Source: an uncultured Candidatus Saccharibacteria bacterium
GTDB lineage: Bacteria; Patescibacteriota; Saccharimonadia; Saccharimonadales; Saccharimonadaceae
Direction of reading: 5' to 3'
Assembly: GCA_946804195.1 (NCBI GenBank)
Contig: CAMPEU010000017.1
Span: 3,533 to 67,532, forward strand
DNA: 64,000 bases
Part shown: positions 62,935 through 64,000 of the stretch, in pieces
Layout: each line of letters opens with the position of its first letter
How positions within the stretch are numbered: the first letter of the stretch is position 1
Program-made: the position numbers and the translations under genes
The notes under the pieces: model-generated
What the model saw: the letters and a program-made list of their open reading frames with translations, nothing else
Databases searched by the model: none
Told to the model about the DNA's origin: nothing

Positions 62935-64000
62935 GATTCTTCGACGTCTTTTATGCTCAGACTCAAGCGTCCGCGATCGTCAATTTCCATTAACTTCACT
63001 TTGACTTCTTGGCCTTCTGTCAAAACGTCTTCGACTTTTTCGACACGATCATTCGACAATTTACTAATATGAACCATACCATCAGTGCCAGGCATGATGT
63101 TCACGAATGCACCAAAATCTTTGATTGTCACAACCTTGCCAGTGTAAATCTTGCCGACTTCTGGCTCTTCGGTCAAACCACGAATCCATTCAAGTGCTTT
63201 TTCGATACTCACCGTATCAACTGCAGCAACCGTAACAAGACCATCGTCTTTGATATCAACTTGCGCACCAGTTTCTTTGGTAATCTTGTTGATTGTCTCG
63301 CCGCCCTTACCAATAACTGCACCAATCTTTTCAGGATTAATCTTGAGTTTTTCAATGCGTGGCGCAAATGGACTCAACTTTTCGCGTGGACCAGCAAGGG
63401 TTTCGATCATATGTTTGAGGATATGCTCACGACCAGGCTTTGCACCTTCGACCGCTTGACGAAGGATATTCACCGGAAGACCATGAACTTTCATGTCCAT
63501 CTGGATTGCCGTAATGCCTTGCTCGGTACCGGTAATCTTGAAGTCCATGTCACCCGCAAAATCTTCTGCATCAGCGATGTCTGACATGATATACGGCGTA
63601 TCACCATCCATCATAAGTCCCATTGCAATACCACTTACGGGTCGTTTCAGAGGGACTCCAGCGTCCATCAATGCCAAACAACTAGAACATGTTGCGGCCA
63701 TTGATGTCGAGCCGTTCTGACTCATGATTTCGGTAACACTTCGAATAGTGTATGGAAATTCTTCTGCAGTTGGCAAAACAGGCATAAGCGCACGTTCTGC
63801 AAGGTATCCGTGACCAATTTCACGTCGTCCGGCAGACATCAATCGTTTGACTTCACCAACGGTATAGCCGGGAGCATTGTAATGATGCATGTAACGTCGT
63901 TCAAAATCATTTTGCTCCATAGTATCAACCATCTGTGCATAACTAAGCGGTGCGAGTGTCACAATATTCAAACCTTGCGTCACACCACGAGTAAAGATAC
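62931..64000 (-). CDS. pnp: Polyribonucleotide nucleotidyltransferase (PNPase), C-terminal part; gene continues beyond window end
   Basis: Second RNase PH domain (GHGYLAERAL, GSTSMAATC), KH (IGAVIGKGGETINKI) and S1 (GKIYTGKVVTIKDFGAFV) domains. The reading frame stays open to position 64000. Confidence 0.9.
   Translation of the reverse strand, partial: IFTRGVTQGLNIVTLAPLSYAQMVDTMEQNDFERRYMHHYNAPGYTVGEVKRLMSAGRREIGHGYLAERALMPVLPTAEEFPYTIRSVTEIMSQNGSTSMAATCSSCLALMDAGVPLKRPVSGIAMGLMMDGDTPYIMSDIADAEDFAGDMDFKITGTEQGITAIQMDMKVHGLPVNILRQAVEGAKPGREHILKHMIETLAGPREKLSPFAPRIEKLKINPEKIGAVIGKGGETINKITKETGAQVDIKDDGLVTVAAVDTVSIEKALEWIRGLTEEPEVGKIYTGKVVTIKDFGAFVNIMPGTDGMVHISKLSNDRVEKVEDVLTEGQEVKVKLMEIDDRGRLSLSIKDVEES

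Noticed and set aside
1-64000. Search for CRISPR arrays, IS elements or transposases, reverse transcriptase with DGR template/variable repeats, rRNA and tmRNA.
   Set aside because: No regularly spaced direct repeats, DDE or serine transposase motifs, RT motifs (YxDD), rRNA segments or tmRNA tag/acceptor signature were seen. Long diverged repeats could have been missed without a computational self-alignment.

Overview
Gene-dense bacterial window of about 42-45% GC with local rises to 50-60%. It looks like a reduced Patescibacteria/CPR genome of the Saccharibacteria (TM7) type. That assignment is inferred from gene content only: many translation and maintenance genes, no biosynthetic operons, and a monoderm-style type IV pilus (T4P) locus with no secretin. 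All calls come from reading the sequence and recognising motifs in the ORF track; no database search or folding program was run. Housekeeping content: rpmI(partial)-rplT, RNase P RNA, rpmB, miaA, thrS with a candidate T-box leader, six tRNA genes plus one atypical tRNA-like locus, sodA, ndk, uppP, a Xer-type recombinase, FKBP, ychF, tlyA, efp, rpsF-ssb-rpsR, ftsK, RNase J, family-4 UDG, an S8 protease and partial pnp. The dominant accessory content is T4P. There is one complete minus-strand operon at 25.6-40.1 kb: TPR protein, vWA protein, pilM, pilN, pilO-like, small membrane protein, pilB, pilT, pilC, pilA, pilD and four minor pilins. A second module at 11.2-17.7 kb has no assembly machinery and duplicates the four minor pilins plus a large protein that shares the C-terminal domain of the vWA protein. 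Two orphan pilins lie at 50 kb and a GGDEF diguanylate cyclase at 18.2 kb. The block I rank highest for follow-up is 43.7-47.5 kb: a CE4 deacetylase lipoprotein, a processive-type GT2 co-transcribed with a 57-aa membrane peptide that carries a sortase-like C-terminal signal, a sortase, and a leaderless ECF sigma factor. Other observations: a recurrent -10 box, N6-7, ATG arrangement that implies many leaderless mRNAs; a 19-nt duplication of the tRNA-Arg 3' end (att-like scar); a class-I-like tRNA-Tyr candidate; and a Nudix-RNase HI fusion with a degenerate Nudix box. No CRISPR array, transposase, reverse transcriptase or rRNA gene was seen.
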